A DNA stretch of 63,016 nucleotides, filler included, from Choristocarpus tenellus KU-1152 (GCA_964200185.2; 12 parts of 12 records of this genome joined end to end with filler, not necessarily neighbours in it); one strand, 5' to 3'. Shown: positions 36,784 to 51,700, counted from the first letter of the whole stretch. Numbers and translations are program-made. The notes: generated by a model not told the origin, from the sequence alone.

Positions 36784-38497
36784 TAGTACCTTCGCCCTCT
36801 GGGGTTGTCCTGTCATAACTTTTGATGTAGACATCGAATTAAAAAAATAAAGCATAATCGTGATGCCCGTCACAAGGCCCTCCAGAGCAAAGGCTTCGTT
36901 TTTTTCTGTGTGCGCACCCACCCTTTGACCTCGGCAAGGATGTCCTCATCGAGGCCCAGAACGAAACGCCTCTCCTAGCGCCCTTGCTCCATGATGTGGC
37001 CCTTAGTTACGAATCTCTCTCCCATTTATTCACAGTTTCCAGCCTGACCATCGCACATCCTGCTGCCATCTCGAGCACCGTTTGACAGACTTTCCCGTCG
37101 TTCATGCACACGTACAGGATTCACAGTGTTAGAGCCTTAACTATCATATTTCCTTGTTAAGCACCGGAAATGGGCGTTGTCCGTGATTCCTGGACGGGTG
37201 GTATTTCTGTTCCTCAAGGTGCAAGGGCGAGCGAGGGAGGACAGGCTTGAGTTGATCGAAAATTGTGTTGATTTCTCAAATGAAATGCAGTCTGGAAGAA
37301 AGCCTTAATCAACTTTGTACGTCCAACCCCAAGTCCAGGAACAAAGGTGAATGTACAGCATCTTGCAAGAAGTGGGAGACATCAAACTGTTGTTATACAA
37401 ATAGTCTCGATCTCACCTCTTCTTCTTCCCTGGTGTCCTTGTCGATGGCTACCTCCACCTGCTTCGTGACCTCTTCGAAGTAAAGGATTCGGGCTTCAGA
37501 GCCCTTGTAACCCAACCCTAACACCTTCTTTCTCGTTTCCTTAAGCCACTCTGACTCGCACATCTTCTAAACAGCCAGGGCCTGCTGCAACTGTCGACTA
37601 CTAAGGTATCCTACACCCGGGTTTTCACTTAGGGGTTTCCTGAGCACAATGGCACACAGTCGCACTGCTCTCTTCCTCAATCTTCCCTTCAGGTGGCCAC
37701 CCCAGTTCTCCCTTCGCCCACCGTGACCAGATTTCCCCGCAGACTTCGTCACTGTACCACCTAGTGATGGACTCAACGCTCTCTTCCTGCTTTTCCGAGG
37801 CGGTAGAAACTGCAGAGCAGTGCTCCGTATCGGTGAAGATCCAACCACATTTGTGTCATAATGCTTTCAATGCATCTTCTCTCAGCATCACTGTCACGGA
37901 CCCGTGATCCATTCGCGATTTGATTATGCTACTGCGCCACACTACTCGCACTTTCTCGTCACCTAACATCGCACTGAGTGTCACACGGTACTTGCTTTTC
38001 CGTCGTCTCTCGACAGAGAAGGTGCCGAGGGTAGATCCATGGGGAAGAATGGCCTCGGTGGCTCTCCTTGTCTCACCGTTGTGGTTCATCTTGATGTGTA
38101 AGTCACGTGTGTGTGTGCTCACAGAAAGTCTGCAAAAGGCGTCAAAAAGATCTCTGGAAATCTTGAGTTTTTTTCTCGGTATCCCCACACCCGTCAAAAC
38201 TCGGCAGTGACCTAATCCAGACCAGGTTCTCTGTAAGGAGTTCAGCCAACCACTTCATTTTTGTCCGTTTTGAAGTCTTCACCTTCAATATTGTCCCGGA
38301 GATGTTCCCCCGCGTTTTTTCCTTTACTTGATCGGGAAATAGTTCCCGTTCCTCGAAGCCTAGACGTTCGGCATATAAACCTTCAAAAGCTCTTGTGACA
38401 CTCGTTCATTTTACATATGCAATCTTGTACGACTGTTGTGGGGTTCTGGTGATAAAAAGAAAGATTGCCACAGAGGGTGAAGCTACTGATATCACCT
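36784..38497 (-). mobile_element. Element C, second copy (no LTR insertion)
   Basis: Collinear reverse complement of 5857-8348; terminus ...gctactgatatcacct|TA. Confidence 0.9.
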
Positions 38498-39853
38498 TAG
38501 TCCTTTCCATGTGTAGTATTTGCCTGGACGGCCCCATGGCTGTCCCCAAACCATGTGGTAGCCCCTTTAAAACTCCTTCCAAATCCCTTGTATAAAAAAT
38601 GCAAAGCCTCATCCCGTGAACCATTGTAGTGCATTCAACTTCAGTGCTCGAAGCAGGGTCATTTGCCCAGTCCGATTCGCCATGTTCAATATGTTCTTTC
38701 CTATCAATCTTTCTGCGACAGTACCGACAGAAGACTTGAGACTTGTTCCACTGCTACTTCTTCTTTGAGCCAAAAAAATTGAGAGGTAGGCAAGGTTGCA
38801 TTTGAATAATTACAAGAAAGGGTAAGAAGACTCCATTTTGTACAGTTGCAGAAAGTGCCATTGCTGAATTGTGGTGTTATTACATGTTCAGGAAGGGGGA
38901 ATATCAATCTTGAGTACAATATTGTGCACATGAAGCAGCGGAACGGAGTGTATTGCACAGGATAATATAGGTGGCTTATAATGGAAAAGGGTCCAATCTG
39001 CCTACGTCTCTATTGGTTTGACTCTCTGCTCTGGAATCTTGTTTTCCAACCTCAGTTTGCACCTTGGTCCTCTGTCTAAAAAAACGCAATCATTGCATTC
39101 CGAAGACACATCAACTTCAGGTGGACTTCCTTGTCACCTTTGACACACTTTTTCCAGCGAAAAATGTACAGTGGCATGGTTGCTTTGTGTATCCTGGGAT
39201 CCGCACCTGGGTTGCTTGCTTAACATGGCAGATCTGCGCTGCTCATAGCCAGAAGAAGAATCACTTGTCTCCTTTGTAGGCCGATGCTGCCCTTGGAATT
39301 GAATAGACTCCACATTCAAAATCCTTACCAGGACCTCCATTCAAGTCTACATGGTTATCATCTGAGCCAAATCAACCGAGAGGAAGTCAGGATTGTACCC
39401 TTTTGCATTCTAAGTCACTGTTCTAAAACTGTGCAGTACACTCTATTTCATTACTTTATGCGCACACAATAGTGTATGCAAATTGATATCCTCCCTTTCC
39501 ACCAACAAAGCGACACTAAAATTAAGCAAATGCCATTTCTGAAATTGTAGTACAAAATGTCGTCTTTTTGCCCTTTCTCAGGATCCTTAAAGCCTACCTA
39601 CCTCTCAATAGATTTGGCTCTCAATCATGGACATGGTGTCTCGGTCCACCACAATGACCATAGTCCATGCATTGATTTCGAATGTCACTTGTTCTGAAGT
39701 CACTGATTGATCTCTTGAGAAAGACATAAACCAACTCAGGGGTGCCTGATCATCTCCCAAAACATTTACTCCCTTGATGTATGGACTGAACTTGGAATCC
39801 GTTGCTTGGTTTGTTCACTCCCTGCAAGTTGAAGTCTGGTATGGTTGAACACC

Positions 39854-40266
39854 TGTTACAAGCGCCCCTCAATGCTCAAATCCAACGACCTTAAAACGAC
39901 GCTACAGGGGGGGTCCACAGATGATAACCATGTACGGTGTCGGCTTGATGTTTAGCTCAGTCGATATCTCGCTTTCGCTTTATCAAAAGAGGTTCAATCA
40001 AAAAGGCCTGAGAGCGTGGTAGTCTGCATCAGCCTTCTATTAGCATCATCCACCAATTTTCTACAACCAAAGAGTTAAATGAAGTCTGCAAACTGCTAAG
40101 TGGATACTTTAATCATGAATCTTTACTCTGCAACTTCCAGGAATTGACGCCTATTCTGTAAGATTATGTTTGAATTTCAAATCTTACTCTGCGTCTCCTA
40201 TCAAAATCATCATTTATCCTGTAAGGCTACCTATGTATTACTAATATGGTATATTTTATTATTATG
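39854..40266 (-). mobile_element. LTR family D copy, truncated by the contig end
   Basis: tgttacaagcgcccctc...aacgaccttaaaacgacgctac matches the 6414 copy. Confidence 0.85.
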
Positions 40267-41499
40267 NNNNNNNNNNNNNNNNNNNNNNNNNNNNNNNNNN
40301 NNNNNNNNNNTTAATTAATTAANNNNNNNNNNNNNNNNNNNNNNNNNNNNNNNNNNNNNNNNNNNNTAACATATGCATTTTACCTACTCCGAAATTATTT
40401 GGTTTGGGAAAATGTCAAAAAAAAAACGAGGGAAGCCAAGCCCCAAATGGACAAACAGGGCAAAACTCGTACCCTCTAAGATACTTTCACTCCTATTCCG
40501 AAAATGTTTTGGAGTAGGTATCATGTATATGTCCGGAACAAGGATATTGACACTTCCTAACAAATACGATAGCCAAAATTGCATCAAAATCGCAGCATTC
40601 AATTTTGGCCACCAAATGGACGCGGCTCTATCCTCTAAGTTTCTTTGACTCTTCCTCCTCTCCACTATGTTTGTTTGTTAATCCATTAGTTCAAAGAAGT
40701 CAAGTCACAGCTGCAACTTGAGTACATATCTCGCTCACCCAAACCAGCTCCTTTATCGACAGAGTCCGCCTCGGGTCATAAAATATGCGTCGATGGTACC
40801 TTCCAAGGGCTTGTCAATGGTGCAGTTTCCACACAGCCCAGAGCTTCTCAGGATTCTCAAGGCGATTTGGTACCGTCTGTTTGACCTCCTCTCCCTTGAG
40901 AGCACGAGCACTTGCTTCTCTTGGGATGGATTTGTCTTCACGAGGGCGAGTTTATACAATTTTCTCTGTACTAAATTGTGCCACCTGCCAATGCAAAAAC
41001 TTTGGCTAATTACAAAGTTATACTCAAGTTGTCGTTCACATCCAAGAGGAGGGATGATCGAGTGGTAGGGATCGGAAGGGAGAGTCTTCTTTTCGTCTTT
41101 ATTAATCATTTGTGCATCCCTCCACTCTCAACCCCGCGACAATACCTCCATTCAAAACGTCTTAGATGTCACAGCCATAGCAACCAAACAAAACACGAGC
41201 GACTTTCACCAAAGAAATGGGAGGACAAGAACAAGGTTGAAAAGGTAATATTTCGTAGTAGTCCTGAAATCTACCTCAACCCTACCCCCCCTCCAGGACC
41301 TATTTTGACTTAATATTATTTCGAAGTACTCCAGAGAACTTGCTCATGAACATGGCAAAGATATATGTTCTGAAGCTACACAAGCAAATCCTCCTTTCAA
41401 TGCACTGCTTTCATCTATTTAACTCGTCGAGACACCCGCAAACCTCGCGGGAGACACCTCTAGGGTGGGTATTGCGGCATTTTGTAGGACTTATGGACC

Positions 41500-43760
41500 A
41501 CCAATACTCCGCATAAGTTGGACATGTCGTACATGTCATGCTCAGATACCCTGCATTTGCTGCTGCACTAGAGCATAAATCACACTGTGGGCTCGCAGCA
41601 CATTATAGGGAAAGAAGGTTCGGTGACCTTGTCATTCCATCTCTCTCTGTGGTACCTGGAGGGGAAATAGTCTATTAGAAAAGGACCAACGGGTCCAACG
41701 AGCACTATGACAGTGATTTTTTTTTTTGCAGAATTGACCTCCGTTGGAGAGTAGATGAAGCTTCCATTCCCTCACTGCTGTCGCTCATCGTGACCAGAAA
41801 TTTTGGATGCCTGCTGCTCCTCTTGGTACTCCAGTGAACCTCATCTGCTTTCCACTGCGGTCATCTTTAACTTAGACACCATCGCCCTCCTCCGGGGAAA
41901 GGAAAGCGCCTTCATAGTGGGCTGGACAGTTCGATTTTCCAGCTGTGGGCAGACTCTTTTGGGATTAGCCTCCACCACCTCAGTTGTAGTTGCTAATTTT
42001 CAATATGAAAACCCAACCAGGATTGTAGGACCTTGATCAAAATATTACAACCATGTCAGAGAGAAGACTCTCGTTCATGTAGTTGGGTCCATACCACCTG
42101 ACCTGGAATCTACAAGCAATGGTTTTGTGAAAGAGTGAACTCAAAGAAATATAGTGTAGGTCCTATCTCGTACTAGTGCACCTCAATTACCTTTACTTCG
42201 TCAGAATAATTGAAGTGCTCTATCTACCTGTCCAGAACCTTAATCCTTATCCCTGCACCCGAAAAATTCGAGCCTTGCTTCTTCAAGCTCACGCCAGTAG
42301 CATCAAGGATCAGTAATAGGTCATCACGTGTGATATGCATTATTGCTCCCACATGATATTTTCACGATGATATTGAAGGCACAGCATACATCTGACCCTG
42401 AGTCCATCGCATTCCCATGATATCGTGAAATGTCTGGTCAAACTAGGTTAGAGCGTGTTCAACCCACCTATTAAGCAACAGATCTTTTGTCCTTTCTTTA
42501 GTATTGCCCAGCGATGCATCCGGTCAACAAAGTTATTGCCAGACACCAAATTTAGCGGATCGTGTTCTCACTGATCTCTTCGTTTTAGAATACCTCAAGT
42601 TATCCACCATAACAGGTACATTCACATATATATATATGAGACAAGTGCTATCAACAATACTGTCATTACCACGGGCAGACAGAGAAAACATCAATATGCC
42701 CACACAACAATATTCATGACAGCAATGCTATTATTATGTGCGGTGGGCTTGAATAAAGATGGACAAAACCTACAACAGCTATATCGCCCATCACCAGTAA
42801 GTACAGACTACAACACATCCGTATTAAGCATTTGAGTATCGCAGGAAGAGGTTGAAGACCTGGCTATGTGCTCCTTGGCAGATGAATCGCACATCCACAT
42901 ATCGATATTTGAGGTACAGAAATGGGCAACAAATTTCACCTTCTCAAGTACGAATTTCGAAAATGCACCTTCTGTTGTTGAACGCATGCCCCCAGTAGTA
43001 TGAATGCTTAACTTGCAAAAAGCCCAACACACTCGCATGTTGTGCAATATTTGAGAAGACCATTCCAAATATGCCAAAAAATTGAAAAATATTCTACGCT
43101 GCACAAGGTATAGGATCACATATCATACTGCTATGCGGTTTGCACTTTATCCCTATGTCATTGAGTTGCGAAATTTCCATGTCTTCAACGATGTTTTATG
43201 GCACACATTCCTGAATGTTTCATGTAACTTAACGTCTGTATGTCTCACACATTCTCGACTTAGTATGGTCCAAAAGTACCACTTTGCATTGTCCTTGGGA
43301 GAGAACGGACGTGATGTACATTTTAACGCTTCCTTTACACTTCTTTTTCACAATGTCTACAGAACTGAGTCCCGTGCCACACAGGAAATCGGTTCACATG
43401 CGGAAGGGAAAAAGCGTTCGTGCTTGGTCAATGCCCAGTTTTGTGAGACAGGTTCATTTAGTTGGAAGTCTTCCATGCATCAAAAGTTTACCATAATCCC
43501 CAAGCAGATGACTTACTATGTCACCAAATTACTTGATCAGGAAAAATTCGATGATGTGCACATTAAATTGTGTTTCTTTTTGCGACTGTAGTTCTCAGCC
43601 ATTGATGTCTTAACGCGTAAACGTAGGAGGGTCATCCAAATGTAGAAATGTTCTTCCCTTTATCGTGGTCTAGGTAGCCACAACTACTCATGGGATAACA
43701 GCTGTAACCCCTGCGGGCATATGCCAACCTTTAATTTGCACAAGCCCAATAAGGATGCAA
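41500..43760 (-). pseudogene. Heavily decayed Mutator/MULE-like transposase (possibly with a SWIM finger)
   Basis: Fragments DYGKLL...LGIDQ...PF, YLEW...CWAF...HTTGGMRSTTEGAFSKF (cf. MULE G.rTT.r.Es.ns..K) and downstream Cys-rich remnants. Many stops. Confidence 0.35.
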
Positions 43761-46448
43761 CGATTACTTACAAACCTATGATGGAAGAACTCCTTAGCTT
43801 CTCATGTTACAGACATGGAGGAGTCAAGTAAACAGCACAACCTTAGTGTGGTATGTGCGAATAACTCTTAATTGTACGAGATAAGCCTGGCCTGAGACGT
43901 AGACTCAGGTCCAGTTCTACAACTATGCGTGCTCATACTCAGAACTGATGTTGTAACGAATTTTGTCACTGCGAAAAGCTTCCAATTTCGAGCTATTCTC
44001 ACTACTGGAAATCGCGCTATCAGGGTCTCAATCTATCTCTGGGATCCCAATGACAGCTCCAGATGCTCTGGGGCCTGCACGGGGTCCACATTTCGGGCTT
44101 GGGCTTGTGATGGCAGTAATTTGATATGTCCGTGTGTTCAGGTCCTTTTCTTACCAGAGTTACAACCACGTCTACGATCTGTGTCTAATGTAACAGTCAG
44201 TACATAGTAGGAAGTATGGATTGGGGGTCTCACATCACCTGTCACAGGCATAAGTGCTGGTGCAGTAGACAGAGGAGCCCCCCATTATTCGGCAGCAACC
44301 ACAAGCTTGGGGAACCCCAATTCAAATACTTCTCACTTCATTTTCGAACCATTTTGAGTTGTCACGGAAACTTTTAATGCGTTTTTGGGAATGATTTGGG
44401 AAACTTTCCCATTAAATATATATATATATTTATATTATATTTGATGGAGTTTTTGGGGTTGTTTCACATTGTGTTTTTGGAGATGTCTGCGGGGATGATT
44501 ATAGCACATTTAAAAAAAGATTTTAGGAGAGTTTTTGGTTATTTTTTTGAGCAATTTTCGAACTTTAAAGGGAAAGTTTATGAAGTAATCTGAGTTTTGT
44601 GGGTGGAGGAATTCTGGTTGGTTTGGGGCACAGGGCAAGGAGGGAGACAGTAAAGAAATATAAGTATTAAGGAGGGAACGAAGAGTTAAGATTGAGCGGT
44701 TAAGAAAATATGTGGCAGACGGAGGCACAAGGGGAGAAGGAAAGAACAGTATTGAATCGAATGAGGAAACCTGAGGCTGGGGGACAAGACGAGGAAGGCT
44801 AGATCAAGAGGACCCCCGAGCAAGCTTTCCCCCCCCCCCCCCCCNNNNNNNNNNNNNNNNNNNNNNNNNNNNNNNNNNNNNNNNNNNNTTAATTAATTAA
44901 NNNNNNNNNNNNNNNNNNNNNNNNNNNNNNNNNNNNNNNNNNNNTAAACGAGGTACAAAACAAGTAAAGAAACCCAATTAAGTTCCACAAAAAATCGTTT
45001 ATTTGATCCCCAAAGTATCTGGGGGGGGGGGGGGTTCTACGCCAACGTGTCCATTTGGGCCAAAATCAGGAAAAGTGCATTTACATTATCCATTCGACGT
45101 ATGCAACCAAATCACCCAAAAATCGCAATATCGAAAAATTGACCCCAATGGACAGCCGCCATCCCCCCCCCCAGATACTTTGAGCCTGATGCTCATTATG
45201 TGCACTTCTTGTCAATTCATTGTCATCATCACCATGAGCAAAACTTGCATCTGTACAAAAGCATATTCTCAGTAGTCTATGGTTACATGTATGTGTGATG
45301 TGTTTACACCGCTTTTCGCTGTTATATTGGTTCTCTTAACCCATCTTCTTCATAGTATGCATAACGATGTTGTGTTGTACTTATCAACTCTGTGTGTGCG
45401 GTTCGTTCTTCAAATGCAACTGTTGGTGCCATAGTTTCTTAGGGGGGGGTGTATTTAGCCCAAGCTATCAATTTTTGTCTTGATGGGGTGTTGTAAGATT
45501 TCCCAGTTTGATGCTCATTTTGTGAATTTCCTTCTGATTTTGTTCAAGCAGGGGATGGAAAAGAAAGGTGCGTTCAGGTGAAGGAAATGGCTCTTACATC
45601 TGACACGTTCACTCAGATGGCATGGAAATTACTACCCGTCCATACAGGCCCCAAACGGATGCCTGACTCTCCTCTAGGATATTATGGGTCTTGGGGGGAG
45701 TATATAGATTCTGAGACAGCTTACCGCTAACAACTGGTGCTTGAGTACGTGATATGGATATATGAACACGACAGTAACGTTAAAACATTATCTAACTACT
45801 GTTGCGCACAATACTCCACCAGTATTTGACGTAGCAATGTGTTCATATACATATTACTACATGTATCGTATGACGTACTAGTTTGCTATATACTACACAT
45901 GGCATATGGTATCATGTAATCCTTCTTGGATATATACAAATATACATAGGGTTACTTCATATATGTCGATCGTGATGTGATGGTGTGTGTGAAAATGTGC
46001 ATCTTTTGCTCCTAGCACAAATGCTTTAAATTAATCTAGACCAGGTGTAACGATGCACCGCACTCCAAAGAACATACCATAATCAATCCATCGTACAGCA
46101 CAAAAGTACGAAAGAAATATGCTACGCTCCCCCTGCAGTGTCTCCAATGTGCAACTATGCTGGCAGAACGACAGTATTTGCCTCCGTTGGGCCATGCACG
46201 CACACATATTGTGTTTCTCGTGTGAAGGTAATACTACCAAACACTTACTTCCTCCGTTCGGAATTAAATATAACAATAACGTTTGCAGCCCCAATGAAAT
46301 AACAAGGCATTTTTTACATGTTCATAGTTTATGGGTGTCTTGTGCAGACACTAAAAGGTTATCCACCAAATTCTCAAGCGAAATGGGGCAGCCTACACCT
46401 ATCTATATGACTCTGCTCCCTACGCCCTACAAACTCCATTCCAACAGA

Positions 46449-46980
46449 TTATTTCACTTCATCCACAGGGACATTCGGGGGGAGCTTGCCCGCCTTCTTG
46501 GCCTCTTCCTTGCTAAGATGGGGAATTTTGAAGACGTTCTCACCCTTGGACCCCAGCACTTCATTGTAGAGTGTGAAGATACTCTGCCAAACGCGCTCTT
46601 GTGTCGCCCAGGGGTATATATCGAATGCCTTCATGGTGACCTCCACCAGCTCATCTGGGTTGGTCACCCCCCTACATCTTCCTCCAGTTGCTGGATGGAA
46701 TGAAAGAATCCCAGGGGGTTGACGTTGAGGTCAGGTGAGTTGACTGTCTAGGTCTCAATAACAATGTTGTCCCCCATGGCCTCCACGATTGCCTCCATGA
46801 CTCCCCCCTTGGTGTGTGACTTTGCCCTGCCCTCTTGCACGAAGGTGTGTCCTGTAACAGCACGTTCCAAAGCTTACCTCCACAGGATGTAGAGCTCCAA
46901 TCCACAGGCCTATTGATGACGCTGACGATGCTGGTACAAGCCTGCCAGGATACTCCGACAGTCAAAAGGTCCAACAAACG
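46449..46980 (-). pseudogene. Mariner (DD39D/Stowaway-like) transposase C-terminal remnant
   Basis: SPDLNVNPLGFFHSIQQL...DELVEVTMKAF...VWQSI...GENVFKIPHLSK; frameshifted upstream. Confidence 0.85.
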
Positions 46981-47216
46981 TCAGGTCAGCAGATAAAGTA
47001 TACTTTTCTGAATCAATAGCTACTATATGGTGTCAGTCAATCAATATCAAGAAAAGTGAATTATGTGGCTATGAGACACTATTTTGCTAACATCATCCAC
47101 CGTTTATTTTTATTTACAGGCGTTAAAATACATCTGTAAGCTGCCGCATACATACCCAAGTTACAGATCTGACTCTGCAACGTTTAGCAAATCGGAGTTC
47201 CCCCTTAAGGGGTTCC

Positions 47217-47477
47217 TGTTAAAGTATCGCCCAAATCATCAACAATAATAAAGGTGATAAACCCAACGAGATTGCTTGATGTCTGTAGAGTGATTAAAGC
47301 AAAGTGGGGCATGCAACACCCCATAAAATCAGAATTATTTCCTTTTATATGAGAAATGTTCTCATGTAGCTAATCACTAATATAAGACTCAGATAACTTA
47401 ATCACTAATGTTGTTCTCTTACTCCATACACAGTTTACCAGAACTGTTCGACATAATTGGAAGAGTCTAATTAAACA
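47217..47477 (-). mobile_element. Probable 3' LTR of the copia element
   Basis: On the minus strand, purine tract AGGGAGGG then TGTTTAA...TTTAACA, about 170 bp after the RNase H stop. Confidence 0.6.
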
Positions 47478-47644
47478 CCCTCCCTAGCTCAAATAACTCT
47501 TGGGAACCGACAATGTACAATTATGGATCCTAGGAGACTCCTCAGGGTCAACCCTGTATGACAAGAGCACAACCAGCTATTGAACTCACCGAAAAAATAA
47601 ATCCAAACAAAACAAAGAAATTCAAATTCAGCAAGAATAAACCA

Positions 47645-48508
47645 CTAAACATAGTCTAAATTTAGCAAAGCCCCTGCATGCCTCCAAGAAGATTCTTCTG
47701 CTAAAGGCTTGGTCAACGCATCTGCATGCTGCTCATCTGAGGTAACATGAACAATCCTAATTTTTCCGTTGGCTATTAAGTCCCTTAGGAAATGATGTCG
47801 CATATCTATGTGCGTAGTCCTCCCATAACTCGAAGGGTTGTTAGCCAATGGATGGTTCCTGTGTTATCCTCCTATCGGGTTGCAAGAACTCCAACACACC
47901 TCACAGAAACAACAGCTCCTTCACACAGTTCCCCATGGCTATGTATTTTGCCTCTGCAGTCGACTGTGCTATGACACGTTGGGTCCTAGAAAGCCAACCA
48001 ACTGCTGCTCCCCTCACATCACTGCCCCCCAAATACAGAACGTTTGTCAAAAGACTCATTGCCAAAATCCGCATCAGTGTAGGTCATCAACTCCAATTCC
48101 TGTGCCTTTTTGGTAGGTTAGGCCCAACTCTTGCGTCCCTTTGAGGTAGTTGAGGATCCGGGTCACAGCCCTCCAATGTACTTGGCTCGGACCATGCGAA
48201 TGACGGGCAACAGCTCTTACAGCATTAGCCACATCTGGCCTGGTCATGTTGCTGACCCACATCAACCCTCCAACCGCCTCTTGGAAGGGACAATCCTTTG
48301 AGATCTTGTCCCCCTCCCTAATTCCAAGCTTTCTGGAAGGGGCTGCAGGGATGGGAGTGGTTGATTGGACGGGAAAAAGTTCACACAAGTTGTCAACATG
48401 TAATGGTGAGTCACCTGCTTTGGGGTGGGAATACTTGTCCTCAGAACGAAGGTCTGCATCAAGCTCCCCCCCCCTCCTTTCGCAAAAGCAGGGGCCACCT
48501 CTCCTACT
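47645..48508 (-). mobile_element. Ty1/copia pol remnant (end of RT plus RNase H)
   Basis: PFQEAVGGLMW...TRPDVANAV...HW.AV.RILNYLKGT; QSTAEAKYIA; RTTHIDMRHHFLRD...QHADALTKPL. Confidence 0.95.
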
Positions 48509-48700
48509 NNNNNNNNNNNNNNNNNNNNNNNNNNNNNNNNNNNNNNNNNNNNTTAATTAATTAANNNNNNNNNNNNNNNNNNNNNNNNNNNNNNNNNNNN
48601 NNNNNNNNGTCAAAGTATCTGGGGGACACACCAAAAAAGTGAAAATCGAAAAAAGGGTGAAAAACGGACGCCGACACCCCCCCCCCAGATACTTTGACCC

Positions 48701-51700
48701 TCATGGACAACTATGGAAGTATAGCAGGTGTGGCTTGGCTTGGAAATTTTACCTGCAATATTCTCTAGTTCCACGAGAGAGGCATTAGGAGACCTCAAAG
48801 GAAACGGTGTAGAGAACTGGCTAGACAACCTTTTTTGCTACACTCATCATTTAATGAGCACATGACCAAACTTTGCCTCCTACTGACCAGACTCAAGAGT
48901 GAAAGAATCTTAAGGGGAACAGCCGTGTCCGTTTGAGAGTCAAAATCCAATATTACAATTTTGATGTAATTTTAGCTACCCTGTTTGTTAGGAAGTGTCA
49001 ATATCCTTGTTCTGGACACACCTTTTCATAACGTACACATTTTACCGAATCCGAAACATTTCGGAGTAGGAAAATGTCATAAAAAAACTCGGGAAGCCAA
49101 GACCCAAACGGACAAACAGGGCAAAACTTGTACCCTCTAAGATAATTTCACTCCCAAACAATATGGGTTGTCTGTGAATTTCCTAAAACCCATGTGGTGC
49201 ATGCCCTCACAGGAATTTGTAGGGATGAAGGTGGGTAGAGATGGCCTGAGCCCCGCCCCATAAAATGTTATAGCAGTAGCAAAACTTGATCCCCTATCGA
49301 CAGTTGAGCAGCTAACAATTTTTTTTGGCATGACAGGTTACATGCGACAGTTTGTTCGGAACCATGGCCAACTAGCTGAACCACTAACTGACATTCTTCG
49401 TAATAGAGGGTATGCTTCCAAAAGAGACAGGAAGAAGAGTATCCCTAGGGGATCAGACGAGTAGAAGGCATTTGAAGAACATAAGGTACGTCTAATTTCT
49501 CCACCAATTCTAGTCTTTCCAGGCTGGGATAAACCGTTCCTTCTCCGTACAGATGCGAGTGAGGAAGGGACTGGAGCAACTCTGACCCAGGTACAGAATG
49601 ATGACCAGGAACATGTCATAGCATATGCTAGCCGTACATGGTCTAGAAGAGGTAGTAGAAGGGTACCTACCGAAAGAGAATGCATGGCTATCTTGTGGGC
49701 TGTAGAACGCTTCTGCTCCTACATTTGGGGTTGGAAATTCACTTAAATTACTGACTGCTCAGCCCTGACTGGGCTCTTTAAGACCCGTGAACTTAGCCCC
49801 AAGCTCCACAGGTGGGCCCTACACCTCATGGACCATGACAGGGAACTGAAGTGGTGAGCAGGTTCGAAGGATCAGCTACCAGACGGACTGTCACGACTCT
49901 CCCCACTAGCTACACCAGGTTTGGATATTGACGATTCCTTTCCTGATGATCCGTCAGCAGCATGTAGCAAGAGCTACACGGGACCGAGAGGACTCGTCTT
50001 AGATGGTATATGTTTGCAGTATTTTGGTACATCAGACCTTTACCCAGGCCATCCCACAAGGCCCCCTTGCTCTCTCTGTGCTTTCGTGGATTCAAAGCTA
50101 GAATGTACTTCTCCCTCAAATGATGAACCTGGCTCAAAGTGTCTGGGGGAGGGGGGGGGTCTACACCAGGGTGTCCATTTGGGCCCCGACCAGGAAAAGT
50201 GCACTTTCATTATCCATTCGACACATGCAACCAAATCACCCAAAATTGCGAAATGGAAAATTGGGACCCAAGTGGACAGCAGCCACCCTCCCCCCAGATA
50301 CTTTGACCCACCTAGTCTAGGGAACAGTGGTTACCACATTCTCAGGAATACTTTCACAAATGCAAAGCTGTCACACAGAAATTGATAGTCGAAACTCAGG
50401 CGTTGAAGGTTGACTATCACCCAGTAGACCCCATGATTAAAGTCTACCAGTGACTATACCCCCTCCCTCTGGTTGGATGACCCTAAATAAGATGCCTAGT
50501 GTAGACCCAACACTTGCCTCACAGCAGCCTTCCCCCTCACCTAACGCTACCAACACTCTTGGATGGCAACCTTTAGACCTTACCCTTGAAGGCAGAGTAG
50601 AAAATAAGGGAACAGAAGGAGAAGAGACCCCACCATGCCAAAAAAGGCGTAAAGGTACAACAAGGCCAAAGTACAAGAAGGGTAGTGACGTAACAGTTCG
50701 AATGAAAGAGATGGTCCAGTACCACTCCACTCTCAAGAGAGCAATGTCTACTCTCACAGACGTGCCAATGTTAGTGGAGAGACAGAATAAAGATCCCTTC
50801 TTGGGCAGCATAAAGGGTATCCTCGAGGGCCAAGAACATTGGAAGTCATCACTCGAGTGGGGAAAAGGGAGTATGGATGTGGAGTCGTATTCTCTAGATG
50901 ACAAAGAGTTACTCTGGTACACCCCTAGCCCGCATTCACCTAGGCTAGTAGTCCCTCGCTCACTAGTGTCAGACATCATAGCATTAGTACATCTACAGAA
51001 TAGCCACCAGGGAGTTGGACGCACAGTAGCCCGATGGTACTTCTTCTAGCCCTCGTTCCACAAATACACAGGATTATCTTAAATACTGTGGCTGCCGTAG
51101 ACGCAAGAGGACAAGGAGTGCACAAGTGGCAATGTCACCAGCAAAATTCTTGGAATCATGGGATGTACTTGAGATGGATCTACAAGATGTAGGACACATC
51201 TCAGCAAAAGGCAACAAGTATATATTAATTGTGATTGATAGGGCTTCAAGATTCCCTTTTGCATTCCCAATGGTGTCGAAAGAAGCAGCTGGAGTAGCAA
51301 CGAACTTGTTGTAACTGTGCCTCACATTCGGGGTACCTCTGTCAATTTGTAGCGATGAAGGAGGGGAGTTCACAGGAGATAGGGTGAAACATCTTTGTCG
51401 TTGGCTGAAGGTCCCTATCAATAATGGACCCACTGGCAACTCGAGGGGACAAGGGGGAGTAGAAAAGATGGGGGAATTACTGCTAGAAGTCCTGTAAGAA
51501 CTATGTGTGAAATGGCCAGATAGATGGGATGAGTATATGTATACCCTGCATGTTGGGCGCAGCGTACTACTCCGGATCCATCAGACCCTCTCAACCCCAA
51601 TCCCTTTTCGAGTCTTGTTTGACCGTGATCCTCGCACATAGCTGAACGCCTTAATACCCAAGTTGGATGGGGCACATAGAGGTTGGAGGATTAGATTCCT

